Source of the DNA: a virus
Taxonomy: Duplodnaviria > Caudoviricetes
IMG/VR virus record: IMGVR_UViG_3300033076_001306
Span: 1-34,657 of that record
Strand: one strand, 5' to 3'
DNA length: 34,657 bases
Positions 1-7,530 of the stretch are shown here, piece after piece. A program made the position numbers and the translations under genes. Below the pieces are notes generated by a model. The model was not told where the DNA came from. It saw nothing but the letters and a program-made list of their open reading frames with translations, and did not search any database. Every line of letters starts with the position of its first letter. Position 1 is the first letter of the stretch.

Positions 1-66
1 AGCCGTGGGAGCGCAACCCGCACTAGCAGGCTGTTTGGCTTCGGGTGTGTTTGTGTTGGTTTCCAT
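1..66 (-). CDS. 5' part of a cassette-type ORF running off the window (METNTNTPEAKQPASAGCAPTA...)
   Basis: ATG at 66 just after the stop of 71..430; open to window edge; start lies inside the attC-like loop. Confidence 0.4.
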   Translation of the reverse strand, partial: METNTNTPEAKQPASAGCAPTA

Positions 67-107
67 AAGTTTATTCGGGTGCGGGTGCATCCACATTGGC
101 GTTCAGC
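1..107 (+). mobile_element. attC-like site 1 (left end truncated by window)
   Basis: Imperfect inverted repeat GTGGGAGCGCAACCCGCAC ... GTGCGGGTGCATCCAC with bulged bases, ending in GTTCAGC at 101-107. Confidence 0.7.
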
Positions 108-430
108 AGATAATTCACCAACCGCGTCGGGGTGTTGATGATCGGCCCGCCCTTGTGTTGCACGATTCCCCCGGAATGGACGTAGGTCATCACCGTGCCT
201 CGATCATCACCGAGAGCGTGCGCGACTTCGCGGATTTGATCGTCGATCTCCATCCAGAAGTGTTTGTAGATCCGCGCTTCGTGAGGTTGCTTGAAGCCTG
301 GGGCGCATCGGTCCATGAACTTCTCAAATTCGTTTCCCCACTTGACGAGTCTCCCGATGATACGGGCGATGTCCTGCGGCGTTGTCTCTTGGCCGAAGCC
401 TCGGCAGATTGTGTTGTCGGCGTTTTTCAT
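71..430 (-). CDS. hypothetical protein (cassette 1)
   Basis: ORF 71..451 with likely ATG at 430 (MKNADN...); lies between attC-like sites. Confidence 0.65.
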   Translation of the reverse strand: MKNADNTICRGFGQETTPQDIARIIGRLVKWGNEFEKFMDRCAPGFKQPHEARIYKHFWMEIDDQIREVAHALGDDRGTVMTYVHSGGIVQHKGGPIINTPTRLVNYLLNANVDAPAPE

Positions 431-442
431 AATTCGGAAGAT

Positions 443-538
443 GCTGAACAAGTGAGTGGATTTGATCCGGAATGAGCGGGCCAGTTTTGATGCTATGGCT
501 TTTCAACGGCTCCGGGCGCATCACTCCCGGCGTTGTGT
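443..538 (+). mobile_element. attC-like site 2
   Basis: GCTGAAC (443-449) ... GAGTG-G-AT..TCCGGA / TCCGGG..AT-CACTC ... GTTGTGT (532-538); TGCTGAAC is the reverse complement of GTTCAGCA at 101-108. Confidence 0.7.
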
Positions 539-861
539 GGAATTGTAGGAATAGGCATCCACCCTCTGAGATCGCGGTTGTCTTCCGTCTCAAACTCCCA
601 CCAGCAATCATGCACTTCCGTGCTTTCCACGGTTTCCGCACTCGCGTTGTAAACCGCCACATTCCAGGTGCAGCTCATCCGGGACCATGCGGCAGGGACC
701 AGCCACGGCCAGCCGAAGTCAGCGAGGATCATTGTGCCGTCGTGCGGGGCCGTCTCCGCAGCCAATAAAACCACACCCCCTTCCGGTCGCTTGGGAGAGA
801 GACAGCTTTGACAGATGAGTTGTGGCTCATTGTGTCTTTTGAGGCATGAGGGGCAGATCAT
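493..861 (-). CDS. hypothetical protein with N-terminal CxxC..CxxC and Trp-rich domain (cassette 2)
   Basis: 122-aa ORF; MICPSC...CQSC; C-terminal GWMPIP resembles small phage early proteins. Confidence 0.65.
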   Translation of the reverse strand: MICPSCLKRHNEPQLICQSCLSPKRPEGGVVLLAAETAPHDGTMILADFGWPWLVPAAWSRMSCTWNVAVYNASAETVESTEVHDCWWEFETEDNRDLRGWMPIPTIPHNAGSDAPGAVEKP

Positions 862-880
862 AGTTCGCTTCCTTCAGAGG

Positions 881-909
881 TTCCGGGCGGGAGGGCTCCG
901 GCGTTAGGT
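881..909 (+). mobile_element. partial attC-like site (right arm only)
   Basis: TCCGGGCG...CTCCGGCGTTAGGT resembles the right arm of site 2 (TCCGGGCG...CTCCCGGCGTT); no matching left arm found. Confidence 0.45.
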
Positions 910-1194
910 GACTGCTCGCACATACACTTCCCACGAGTTTTTGAGCCGCATTCTTGCAGACTCGAATCCGATGTTGTCTTTGAATGACCACCCTTCACCG
1001 TTCCACGAAAAGAGGTCATACGACTCGTCGCCGCAATCGGTCAGGCGATACATCCCGCCGCCGTGGTTGCACAGATACACCACGTCACCTAACAAGAGCG
1101 GTGCAGCGAATGACTGCCCCGCCTTGCCGTTTCCGAGCGGCGTCGTGGTTTGTGGCCGCGTCTTGTCGTTGTTGCGTTTCTTCCGGGCAGTCAT
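904..1194 (-). CDS. hypothetical protein (cassette 3)
   Basis: 96-aa ORF; ATGA overlap with rusA stop; body flanked by GTTAGGTGAC (903-912) and GTCACCTAAC (1084-1093). Confidence 0.65.
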   Translation of the reverse strand: MTARKKRNNDKTRPQTTTPLGNGKAGQSFAAPLLLGDVVYLCNHGGGMYRLTDCGDESYDLFSWNGEGWSFKDNIGFESARMRLKNSWEVYVRAVT

Positions 1195-1215
1195 CGCTGA
1201 CCTTTCTCGTTCATC
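1087..1215 (+). mobile_element. attC-like site 3
   Basis: ACCTAAC-AAGAGC-GGT(G)CAGCGA(A)TGACTGCCC ... GGGCAGTCA-TCGCTG-ACC-TTTCTC-GTTCATC: paired arms with two extra bases spaced as in attC sites. Confidence 0.8.
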
Positions 1216-1658
1216 CAGATCTCCACTCGCGGATCATTGGCGTCCCATGCCATGCTGGCCGATCCGCTTTGGCGGAGGTGGTGGTCATCGATCCGGAGGG
1301 CGTCGGCGATGCCATCTCGGTAGGCCTTGCAAGAGGCGGCAGCGTTGTCATCGTCGCGGTGGCGGCGATCGGGGAAATAGAACGCCAGGGTGTAGGTGCT
1401 GGGCTTTGGCGGTTCGTCTGGGAAAAGCAGGGCGGAGAGGCGACGGTAGAAATCGGCATTGCGTCCGGCCTTGGTGAGGCCCAGGCGCTTGGCGTCCTTC
1501 AACGTGATCCGGGTGGGTAGGTTTCTGCATCCCAGGGCCGCCAAGGTGGCAAAGAAGGCGGCCTGCCGGTGCTTCCGCGTGATGCCGGCCTTTTTGAGCG
1601 GATGGGTGCGGCTGTTTGGAGCCAAGGCTGGATCGGGAATGGGAAGCACGATGATCAT
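1191..1658 (-). CDS. rusA: RusA-family Holliday junction resolvase
   Basis: Motif FYFPDRRHRDDDNAAASCKAYRDGIADALRIDD and C-terminal PRVEI; start at MIIVLP overlaps the upstream stop (ATGA). Confidence 0.85.
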   Translation of the reverse strand: MIIVLPIPDPALAPNSRTHPLKKAGITRKHRQAAFFATLAALGCRNLPTRITLKDAKRLGLTKAGRNADFYRRLSALLFPDEPPKPSTYTLAFYFPDRRHRDDDNAAASCKAYRDGIADALRIDDHHLRQSGSASMAWDANDPRVEIWMNEKGQR

Positions 1659-2071
1659 GGCATCTTGCCTTTCTGTGGGTTCATGAGTAGGGCAACCACG
1701 GCCGCACCGTCCGGTGTGAGGGTGACCCAGCGCGCCGATCGGGCGCCGGTGCGCTTGCGGTTCTCCAGGGTGAGGAATCCCTGCTTGGCGAGGGATTCGC
1801 ATTGGGGGCCCATGATGCCGTCTAGAGCGTGGTCGATTTCCACTTGCCACGCGCCGGCTGGGTGACGGGCAACAAAGCAGAGAATCGCGTAGGTGGAGAG
1901 GCGGGGCTTTTTCTGAAGGCGAAGGGCTGCCAGGAAATCGGAGAGGAAATCGATCCGTCGCGTGGGAGGTCGCGGAGCGGGTGCAGCAGGTTCCTTGGGC
2001 GCTTCCGCCGGCGTTTGGGAAGCAGGATAGGAACGAGTGAAGCGGCGGTAAGAAACATCAAGAGAGGCCAT
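1655..2071 (-). CDS. winged-helix (MarR-like) DNA-binding protein
   Basis: LSTYAILCFVARHP...ESLAKQGFLT...RSARWVTLTPDG pattern. Confidence 0.6.
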   Translation of the reverse strand: MASLDVSYRRFTRSYPASQTPAEAPKEPAAPAPRPPTRRIDFLSDFLAALRLQKKPRLSTYAILCFVARHPAGAWQVEIDHALDGIMGPQCESLAKQGFLTLENRKRTGARSARWVTLTPDGAAVVALLMNPQKGKMP

Positions 2072-2099
2072 TTGGGGAATGAATGTGGTGTTTGTGGTT

Positions 2100-2315
2100 T
2101 CATGGGTGGAGTTTCTCGCGATCGATCCGGCGGAGGAGGGCGGCCTTGCGGGCCATTCCCCAGCGGTGTTCCGGATCCTTGCGGTCGTGATAGCGGCGGC
2201 GGCCGAGGTCCTTGGCGGCGGCGATGACGGTTTCCGGGGAAAGTCCGCGCACGTTCTTGTCGTGCTCCTCGGCCTCGCGGCGCTGGATTTCGGAGAGGTG
2301 CTCGAGTCCGCTCAT
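2100..2315 (-). CDS. small hypothetical protein (MSGLEHLSEI...)
   Basis: 3' part of ORF 2100..2492; ATG at 2315 overlaps the upstream stop (ATGA). Confidence 0.55.
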   Translation of the reverse strand: MSGLEHLSEIQRREAEEHDKNVRGLSPETVIAAAKDLGRRRYHDRKDPEHRWGMARKAALLRRIDREKLHP

Positions 2316-2569
2316 GACTTCGCTGATGAGAGTTCGAGGGCGTCCATGTAGTCGGCCAGGCGGATGCCGAGGCGGCGATCGAGCAGGGGCACGGTGCGGA
2401 AACGGCGGGCGGCTTGCTTGGCGCTCAGTCCGCAAAGCTGGCCCACGGTGACGGGAGGGAGGACCATCAGGCGCCGGACGTCGCCATTGCAAGCGGCCTT
2501 CACGTCGGCGACGAGGCGCTCCGTGGCGCGGCGGATGATTTCTTCCTTGATGTCGGGATCGAGGTCCAT
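2312..2569 (-). CDS. small HTH protein, possible excisionase
   Basis: 85 aa; PPVTVGQLCGLSAKQAARRF...IRLADY resembles Xis/AlpA-type winged HTH. Confidence 0.5.
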   Translation of the reverse strand: MDLDPDIKEEIIRRATERLVADVKAACNGDVRRLMVLPPVTVGQLCGLSAKQAARRFRTVPLLDRRLGIRLADYMDALELSSAKS

Positions 2570-2578
2570 GGCGATCGA

Positions 2579-2950
2579 TCAGAGGGATTCACGGGTCAAC
2601 CAGGCGTCCTGGGCGGACCACAGGGCACCGGACTGGAAGAGTGGCTTGGCCGTCTCAAGGTCCACGTCGGTCAGGCCGATGACGAACCGGGGGAAGACGT
2701 AGGTGCATTCGATCAGGTAGAAGTAGAGTCCCGGGCGGTCGCCATGGGGCTCGATGTCGTGCACGGCGAAAACCCCGTCCTGATTGAGCAAGCGCCGGCG
2801 GAGATCGAGGCGGGTCTCGCTGTCGGGCGCTGGGCCGCCGGTGATGGGATTGGGCAGGACCAGGGCGGGAGGCACGCCAGGGAGAAGCGGTTGGGCATCG
2901 GCGACGGCGACGGCGTCGAATTCGGTGAATGGGATGGCTGGGAGTTTCAT
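2579..2950 (-). CDS. hypothetical protein
   Basis: 123-aa ORF in early leftward operon with protein-like composition. Confidence 0.6.
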   Translation of the reverse strand: MKLPAIPFTEFDAVAVADAQPLLPGVPPALVLPNPITGGPAPDSETRLDLRRRLLNQDGVFAVHDIEPHGDRPGLYFYLIECTYVFPRFVIGLTDVDLETAKPLFQSGALWSAQDAWLTRESL

Positions 2951-2979
2951 GGGGATGCTGTGTTGGATTGGTGAGAGTG

Positions 2980-3038
2980 AAACCGGCCTCCGTGGTCTGC
3001 CCGTCAGGGGGAGAAACAGGCAACGGCCCGGAGGCCGG
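2980..3038 (-). terminator. hairpin / possible early terminator downstream of cro-like gene
   Basis: 10-bp perfect inverted repeat CCGGCCTCCG (2983-2992) / CGGAGGCCGG (3029-3038), followed on the minus strand by TTTC. Confidence 0.45.
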
Positions 3039-3046
3039 CGGGGGGA

Positions 3047-3235
3047 TCAGGCGGGGGAGAGTTCATTGACCGGGAAGCCTGCCTTTTCGGCGGCGGCGGT
3101 CAGGACCTCGCGGATGACGTCGACCGGGGACTTACCGGTGACGCTGGCGGCCAGAAGGAAGTCCTTGGTGGCCGGTGGGAGCTCGCTCAGGGAAATCGGA
3201 GGGAGCTGGAGCGTGGAGTCAGGTGGCGTTGCCAT
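3047..3235 (-). CDS. Cro-position small regulator (possible ribbon-helix-helix)
   Basis: 62 aa from MATPPD; divergent from repressor; ...TKDFLLAASVTGKSPVDVIREVL. Confidence 0.55.
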   Translation of the reverse strand: MATPPDSTLQLPPISLSELPPATKDFLLAASVTGKSPVDVIREVLTAAAEKAGFPVNELSPA

Positions 3236-3335
3236 GCCGACAAGAAAACAGCAAAAGGCTGTTCGGTCAACAGCAAAAAACGATTCCCGACAGTTTTTTG
3301 CTTTCTTTTTGGAAATGCGGCGGCAGAGTCGCGCC
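3236..3335. promoter_or_regulatory. genetic switch: divergent promoters and operators
   Basis: AT-rich; palindrome AACAGC-N5-GCTGTT (3247-3263); inverted repeat AGCAAAAAAC/GTTTTTTGCT (3272-3302); minus-strand TTGACC-N17-TTTCTT ending 6 nt before the ATG at 3235. Confidence 0.65.
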
Positions 3336-3776
3336 ATGGATACGAAAGAGCGCATCGATGCGCGACTCACCGCACTCGGGAAGGATCGCCAGTGGCTGGC
3401 TGATCAGACTGGCTACTCCTATTTCTCCGTCCGCGATTCGTTGGCCCCGGCAGGTCGGCCGTTGTCAAAGCGGATGGAGCGAGCCTTTTGCGAGGCACTG
3501 GAAGCGCTCGAACAGGTGACGCAGCTTGCTCCTTCGCTGCCGGATCGGGTGACACTGGAAGTCACGTCCGCAGAATATGACGCCTATTCCGAGGCGGCGT
3601 TGGCTCAGAAACAGACGCTCAAGCGCTGGGCGGTCGAAGAGCTGAACAAAGCGGCGGAAGCCTTCAAACGTAGTTCGGCCTATGAAAACCATGAGGAGTG
3701 GATTGCAAAGCAGGAGGTTCTTCGGGTCGCCGAAGAGCCGGAGCCGGGTAAATCCTACCGTTCTGGCCAGGGGTAG
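3336..3776 (+). CDS. phage repressor (XRE/HTH N-terminus)
   Basis: MDTKERIDARLTALGKDRQWLADQTGYSYFSVRDSL is a Cro/CI-type HTH; divergent to the early operon. Confidence 0.75.
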   Translation: MDTKERIDARLTALGKDRQWLADQTGYSYFSVRDSLAPAGRPLSKRMERAFCEALEALEQVTQLAPSLPDRVTLEVTSAEYDAYSEAALAQKQTLKRWAVEELNKAAEAFKRSSAYENHEEWIAKQEVLRVAEEPEPGKSYRSGQG

Positions 3777-3828
3777 TACGCTCCAGGCGGAATTAGATCA
3801 TTGGGTATAGGACAGTAGTTGTCCTAGT

Positions 3829-4290
3829 TTATTGCCTATCACGAAAATCTTTAAGCAATTTATCATGGTCCGAAAGAACTCTGTCCAGTGCGCGATCTTG
3901 ATCAACTTGATGTTGGTTTTCCTCGAGTTCGTCCAACTTTTGAAGAATCTGATGCAGTTGATGTTCTGTCAGTTCATTGGAAATTTGCTCGTGGCTTTTC
4001 GGGATACTGTTTTCCTTGATCAAGGCGCTAGGTTCGATGGCTTCAAGTTTTTTGCTCAGGGAGTTGATAGTAAGCGAATTGCTTCTATCGGATGCGTCTA
4101 GAATTTTGGAAACCTCAAGAAGTTTTTGAACCAATGAATCTTGTTTGGAAAGTTGATCAGAAAGAAAGTTAATCTGCTGAGTCTGAACAGCTATTGTATT
4201 TCGGAATGCCTTATTTTCATGAAGTTGGTATCCGATAATGGCGGCAAAAATCGATACCGCCGTCAATGATCTCATCAAAACGCGCGTCAT
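3829..4290 (-). CDS. membrane-anchored coiled-coil protein (moron; possible superinfection exclusion)
   Basis: AT-rich; N-terminal hydrophobic helix SLTAVSIFAAIIGY then Q/L/E/K heptads; start at 4290 or 4275. Confidence 0.65.
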   Translation of the reverse strand: MTRVLMRSLTAVSIFAAIIGYQLHENKAFRNTIAVQTQQINFLSDQLSKQDSLVQKLLEVSKILDASDRSNSLTINSLSKKLEAIEPSALIKENSIPKSHEQISNELTEHQLHQILQKLDELEENQHQVDQDRALDRVLSDHDKLLKDFRDRQ

Positions 4291-5512
4291 GCCCAAATCC
4301 ACTAAATCAAGCTTTCGGGTGAGTCGAGGAACTTCCTCGCTGACGGTTTACCGGTGGATGCACCCGTCGACCGGTCGGCGCTGCTGGCGCTTCGGCTGGC
4401 TGGATGGGGATCGATGGAGGTACGTCACGCGGAAGACCCAGGCCGAGGCCGAGGTGGCGGCTGGCACGGTTCTTGAGGAGCAGGCGGAAGGTCTGGTGTG
4501 GTCGGCGTTGGCTCCGGCGCGGCGGCGCTTTCTGGAATCCGTGCACCGGCTTTGCCGGGAGGAAGAGGAAGAAACGTTTCTTATGTTCCTGAAGTCCCGG
4601 GAAAAGAGCGGTGAGATCGGGGCGGCGCTCGGTCGGTTTGCCCAGTGGAAGCGTGCCGAGGCGGGTGAGGATACCCCTTGGAACAAGCAGGTGCTTTCGA
4701 TCGCCAAGCGGCTGGGCGATCATTTCACGGGGCGGCTGGTGGTCGATATTCAGTTGTCGGATCTGAAAGAGTGGTGGGATCAGGACTCCGCCAACAAATC
4801 GGCGAAAACCAAGCGGGATCTGCGGGCGGTGCTGGTGGCGATCTGGAACTGGTTCAAGCGGGAGGGGATTGCGGGCAATGATGCGATGACGATTGCCGAG
4901 AGGATTCCCCTGCAGAAGGTTTCCCATGGCGAGCGGCGCGTCTTGTCGTCTGCCGAGGTGCTGGCGATCCTCGAAGAGGTCCGGCCGGAATGGCGCGCGT
5001 GGGTGGTGCTGGGGGCGTTTGCTGGAATCCGGCCGGAGGAGATTTGTCCGATGCCGAACAAAAAGGCGGCCAAGCGTGGACTCATGCGCCAGGAGATCGA
5101 TTGGAATTTCAACGTGATCCGGGTAGCTGGGACTGTGTCCAAGGTGGGAATTCCACGGGTAGTTCCGATGTCGGTAGCCTGTCGGGAGTGGCTGCTCTGG
5201 GCGGGAATCACTCCGGACTCGATCGGGCCGGTGTGTCTGTCGAATCCGGTACGCCGGAAAGAGACGCTCCGGCTCGGTGCCAAGCTCTTTGGGGGCGAGT
5301 GGCCGCAGGATGCGCTCCGGCATTCCTACGGATCGTATCGGAACGCGGTGGTCCGAAATCTCCAGCAGGTCGCCGAGGAAATGGGAACGTCGGTGATCAT
5401 GCTGCACCGGCACTATCACAATCCCCAGCCCGAGGAACTTGGCCAGGAATGGTTTGCCCTGCGTCCCTGTGATCCGACAAGATCCGATGAAACGAATGTT
5501 GTGGGCGAGTAA
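4289..5512 (+). CDS. int: tyrosine recombinase (phage integrase)
   Basis: Motifs GIRPEEI, SKVG, QDALRHSYGSY, MGTS..MLHRHY; adjacent to att core. Confidence 0.9.
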   Translation: MPKSTKSSFRVSRGTSSLTVYRWMHPSTGRRCWRFGWLDGDRWRYVTRKTQAEAEVAAGTVLEEQAEGLVWSALAPARRRFLESVHRLCREEEEETFLMFLKSREKSGEIGAALGRFAQWKRAEAGEDTPWNKQVLSIAKRLGDHFTGRLVVDIQLSDLKEWWDQDSANKSAKTKRDLRAVLVAIWNWFKREGIAGNDAMTIAERIPLQKVSHGERRVLSSAEVLAILEEVRPEWRAWVVLGAFAGIRPEEICPMPNKKAAKRGLMRQEIDWNFNVIRVAGTVSKVGIPRVVPMSVACREWLLWAGITPDSIGPVCLSNPVRRKETLRLGAKLFGGEWPQDALRHSYGSYRNAVVRNLQQVAEEMGTSVIMLHRHYHNPQPEELGQEWFALRPCDPTRSDETNVVGE

Positions 5513-5672
5513 AGCAGAGACATTCCCCTGGCGTGGCCATTGGAAACGCTTGGAAATGTCCCTCGCGATGCGTTCAAAAGGACACTATTGAAATGCCGGA
5601 GACAGGACTCGAACCTGCAACACCCGTCAAGAAAATCACGGATTGGGCGCTTCTGGTCCGACCGTGTTCCGA
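5471..5672. mobile_element. attP: core 5594-5619 matching a tRNA 3' end, with flanking arm-type repeats
   Basis: Minus strand TGCAGGTTCGAGTCCTGTCTCCGGCA = T-arm plus acceptor 3' strand (tRNA-Leu-like); paired GNTCCGA repeats at 5471/5481 and 5655/5666. Confidence 0.8.
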
Positions 5673-6274
5673 TCAATCGAGGGTTGTGGGAGGTGGAAAT
5701 CGACCTCTCCGCAGAAGTCAGCGGCGAGGGATTTGAAGCGGGGGAGTTCGGCTGGGATCTTGGAAAATGCCGAGTCGTCGGAGAGGAGGCGGTTGTTGGG
5801 AACCGCGGCGAACCACCCGGCGGCAACCTGAAGGACGTGGAGTTGCTTGTGCTGCTCGAAACAGTCGGCCAAGGCGTTTCCGGAGAAATCGACGGTGAAG
5901 AGATAGCGGGCTTCGAGGCGGGCCGGGAACTTGGGCGTGTGGTGGTTGAGAAGCCAGGCTCGGGAGTTCTTGAGGAGGGCGAAGGAATGGACGGCGAAAT
6001 GCTCGCTGAACGTGTCCCAGGGCTGGGTGAGATCGGCCGGCGGGCGCTGGCATTCCTTCCAACAAAGGGCCTGGATCGGGAGGCAGAACATGGCGCCACC
6101 GTGGGTCTCGTCCTCGAAGCGGACCTGGAATTGCAGGGAGTGACCTTCCTGGCAACGGATGCCGAGGATGTGGGCCCGGATGAATTCCCCCTCGCCGGAT
6201 TTGAAGTTCTGAGTGAATTCCCGGCGGACCAGGCAGGAAATGAGGACAGGGAGATCGGCAAGGATGTCGGGCAT
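5636..6274 (-). CDS. conserved phage hypothetical protein
   Basis: 212 aa; motifs GAMFCLPIQAL, QPWDTFS, YLFTVDF, HKQLHVL..GWFAAVPNNRL recalled from an uncharacterised aquatic-phage family. Confidence 0.7.
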   Translation of the reverse strand: MPDILADLPVLISCLVRREFTQNFKSGEGEFIRAHILGIRCQEGHSLQFQVRFEDETHGGAMFCLPIQALCWKECQRPPADLTQPWDTFSEHFAVHSFALLKNSRAWLLNHHTPKFPARLEARYLFTVDFSGNALADCFEQHKQLHVLQVAAGWFAAVPNNRLLSDDSAFSKIPAELPRFKSLAADFCGEVDFHLPQPSIDRNTVGPEAPNP

Positions 6275-6275
6275 G

Positions 6276-6890
6276 TCAGGTGAGGGCGGAAAGGTCGTCG
6301 AGCTTGAGGGGCTGTTCGGTGGTGCTGGGGAGCGCGGGGCGCGTGGTGATCAGGACCATGCCGTGGCGGCCGTAGGGGGCATGGAATTGGACGCTGTGAG
6401 GCTGGCCGGCTGGAATGGTCCATGTCTCGCCGGGGAGGTAGATGGTGCCGGTCTCGAGGTCGGTCATGGATCCGGCGATGACTTGGACGGATTCAGACCC
6501 GCGGTGGCGGTGTTGACGGATTTGTGCGATCTGTGCGACACGGAGGAAATAGGTGGTGGCGTCCGGGCGGTATTCGTCGCCCATGATTTCGACACCGGGT
6601 AGGACGGTGAGCCATTCATCGCGGATGACTGGAACGTGGAGGGACGCGTGGCGATCGAGGAACTCGATGTCGATGACTCTGGTGCGTTTGGATCCGGCGC
6701 GACGGGCGGAGTCCTCCATCTGGATGCGGAGGAGGTTGCAAAACTGATCGGAGATCTCCACGCGCTCGGCTTTCCAGCGGCGTTCCAATCCTTTGATAAG
6801 GGCGCGGACGATCAGGGTGGCGGTGCCGCTGGAGAAAATGGTGACGGACCAGGAGATCCATTCGCTGGAAGTCATGGCCACCCAGGTCAT
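6276..6890 (-). CDS. N-terminal TM helix + cupin-domain protein
   Basis: Hydrophobic WISWSVTIFSSGTATLIVRALI; cupin motifs QHRHRGSESVQVIAG and PGETWTIPAGQPHSV; ATGA-coupled to amidase. Confidence 0.7.
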   Translation of the reverse strand: MTWVAMTSSEWISWSVTIFSSGTATLIVRALIKGLERRWKAERVEISDQFCNLLRIQMEDSARRAGSKRTRVIDIEFLDRHASLHVPVIRDEWLTVLPGVEIMGDEYRPDATTYFLRVAQIAQIRQHRHRGSESVQVIAGSMTDLETGTIYLPGETWTIPAGQPHSVQFHAPYGRHGMVLITTRPALPSTTEQPLKLDDLSALT

Positions 6891-7450
6891 TTGATGCCGA
6901 GAAAGGATTTGATGCCGGCGGCGTAGGCCTCGGCGAGACGATTCCGTCCGGTTTCCTTGGTGTAGAGGAGCCATTCGTCGGTATTGGAGCCGAAGAACGG
7001 CTCGCAAATGACGGCAGGGCAAGGCGTGCGGCGGAGAAATTCGAAACCACGGCCGCCAGGGGCGATGGGTTGGAGGCCACGGCACACGGCGCCAGGAAAG
7101 CGGTTCCGATGCGCGGTGAGGATGGCGTCGGCCAGGTCTCTGCCGCGGTGGCTGTCCTCATGGTGGAGATACTCAAAGCCCTGCGCCTTGGGGGAATCGG
7201 CCGCGTTGAAATGAAGCTCGAGGGCAAGGATGGCGCCCTTTGCTTTGAGATAGGCGGCGAGCCATTTCTGGGCGGCGGTGTAGCCATTTCCCTCGTAATG
7301 GGAAATGACTTCGACCGGCTGGCCGATGTCGGCGAGGAGAGCGGCGACCCGATTTCCGTGGGCGGTGTTGAAGGTGTGCTCGGTGACGTTTCCAACGGAA
7401 ACGGCTCCGGAGTCACCGCTGCGGCTGTGACCGATGCAAATGGCGATCAT
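6887..7450 (-). CDS. endolysin, N-acetylmuramoyl-L-alanine amidase (Amidase_3)
   Basis: Zn/catalytic motifs IGHS, TEH, LELHFNA, ICEPFF. Confidence 0.9.
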   Translation of the reverse strand: MIAICIGHSRSGDSGAVSVGNVTEHTFNTAHGNRVAALLADIGQPVEVISHYEGNGYTAAQKWLAAYLKAKGAILALELHFNAADSPKAQGFEYLHHEDSHRGRDLADAILTAHRNRFPGAVCRGLQPIAPGGRGFEFLRRTPCPAVICEPFFGSNTDEWLLYTKETGRNRLAEAYAAGIKSFLGIK

Positions 7451-7530
7451 GGGCGGCAAAATGGGTCATTGTCATCGTCATCCGGCGGACAGGCAATCCA
7501 TTCCCATATCCACTGGATGAAGGCTTTCAT
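7447..7530 (-). CDS. 27-aa micro-ORF MKAFIQWIWEWIACPPDDDDNDPFCRP
   Basis: Read manually; ATGA overlaps on both sides fill the gap exactly. Confidence 0.5.
   Translation of the reverse strand: MKAFIQWIWEWIACPPDDDDNDPFCRP

Noticed and set aside
2784-3335. N-terminal extension of the repressor ORF
   Set aside because: It overlaps divergent genes and the switch region; the HTH begins at ATG 3336
4289-5512. Integrase as the IntI acting on the attC-like sites
   Set aside because: It is adjacent to a tRNA-derived attP with arm repeats, and I cannot recognise the IntI-specific insertion; better explained as the prophage integrase (HMM check still advisable)
5594-5619. Third tRNA gene
   Set aside because: Only the T-arm and acceptor 3' strand are present; it is an att core
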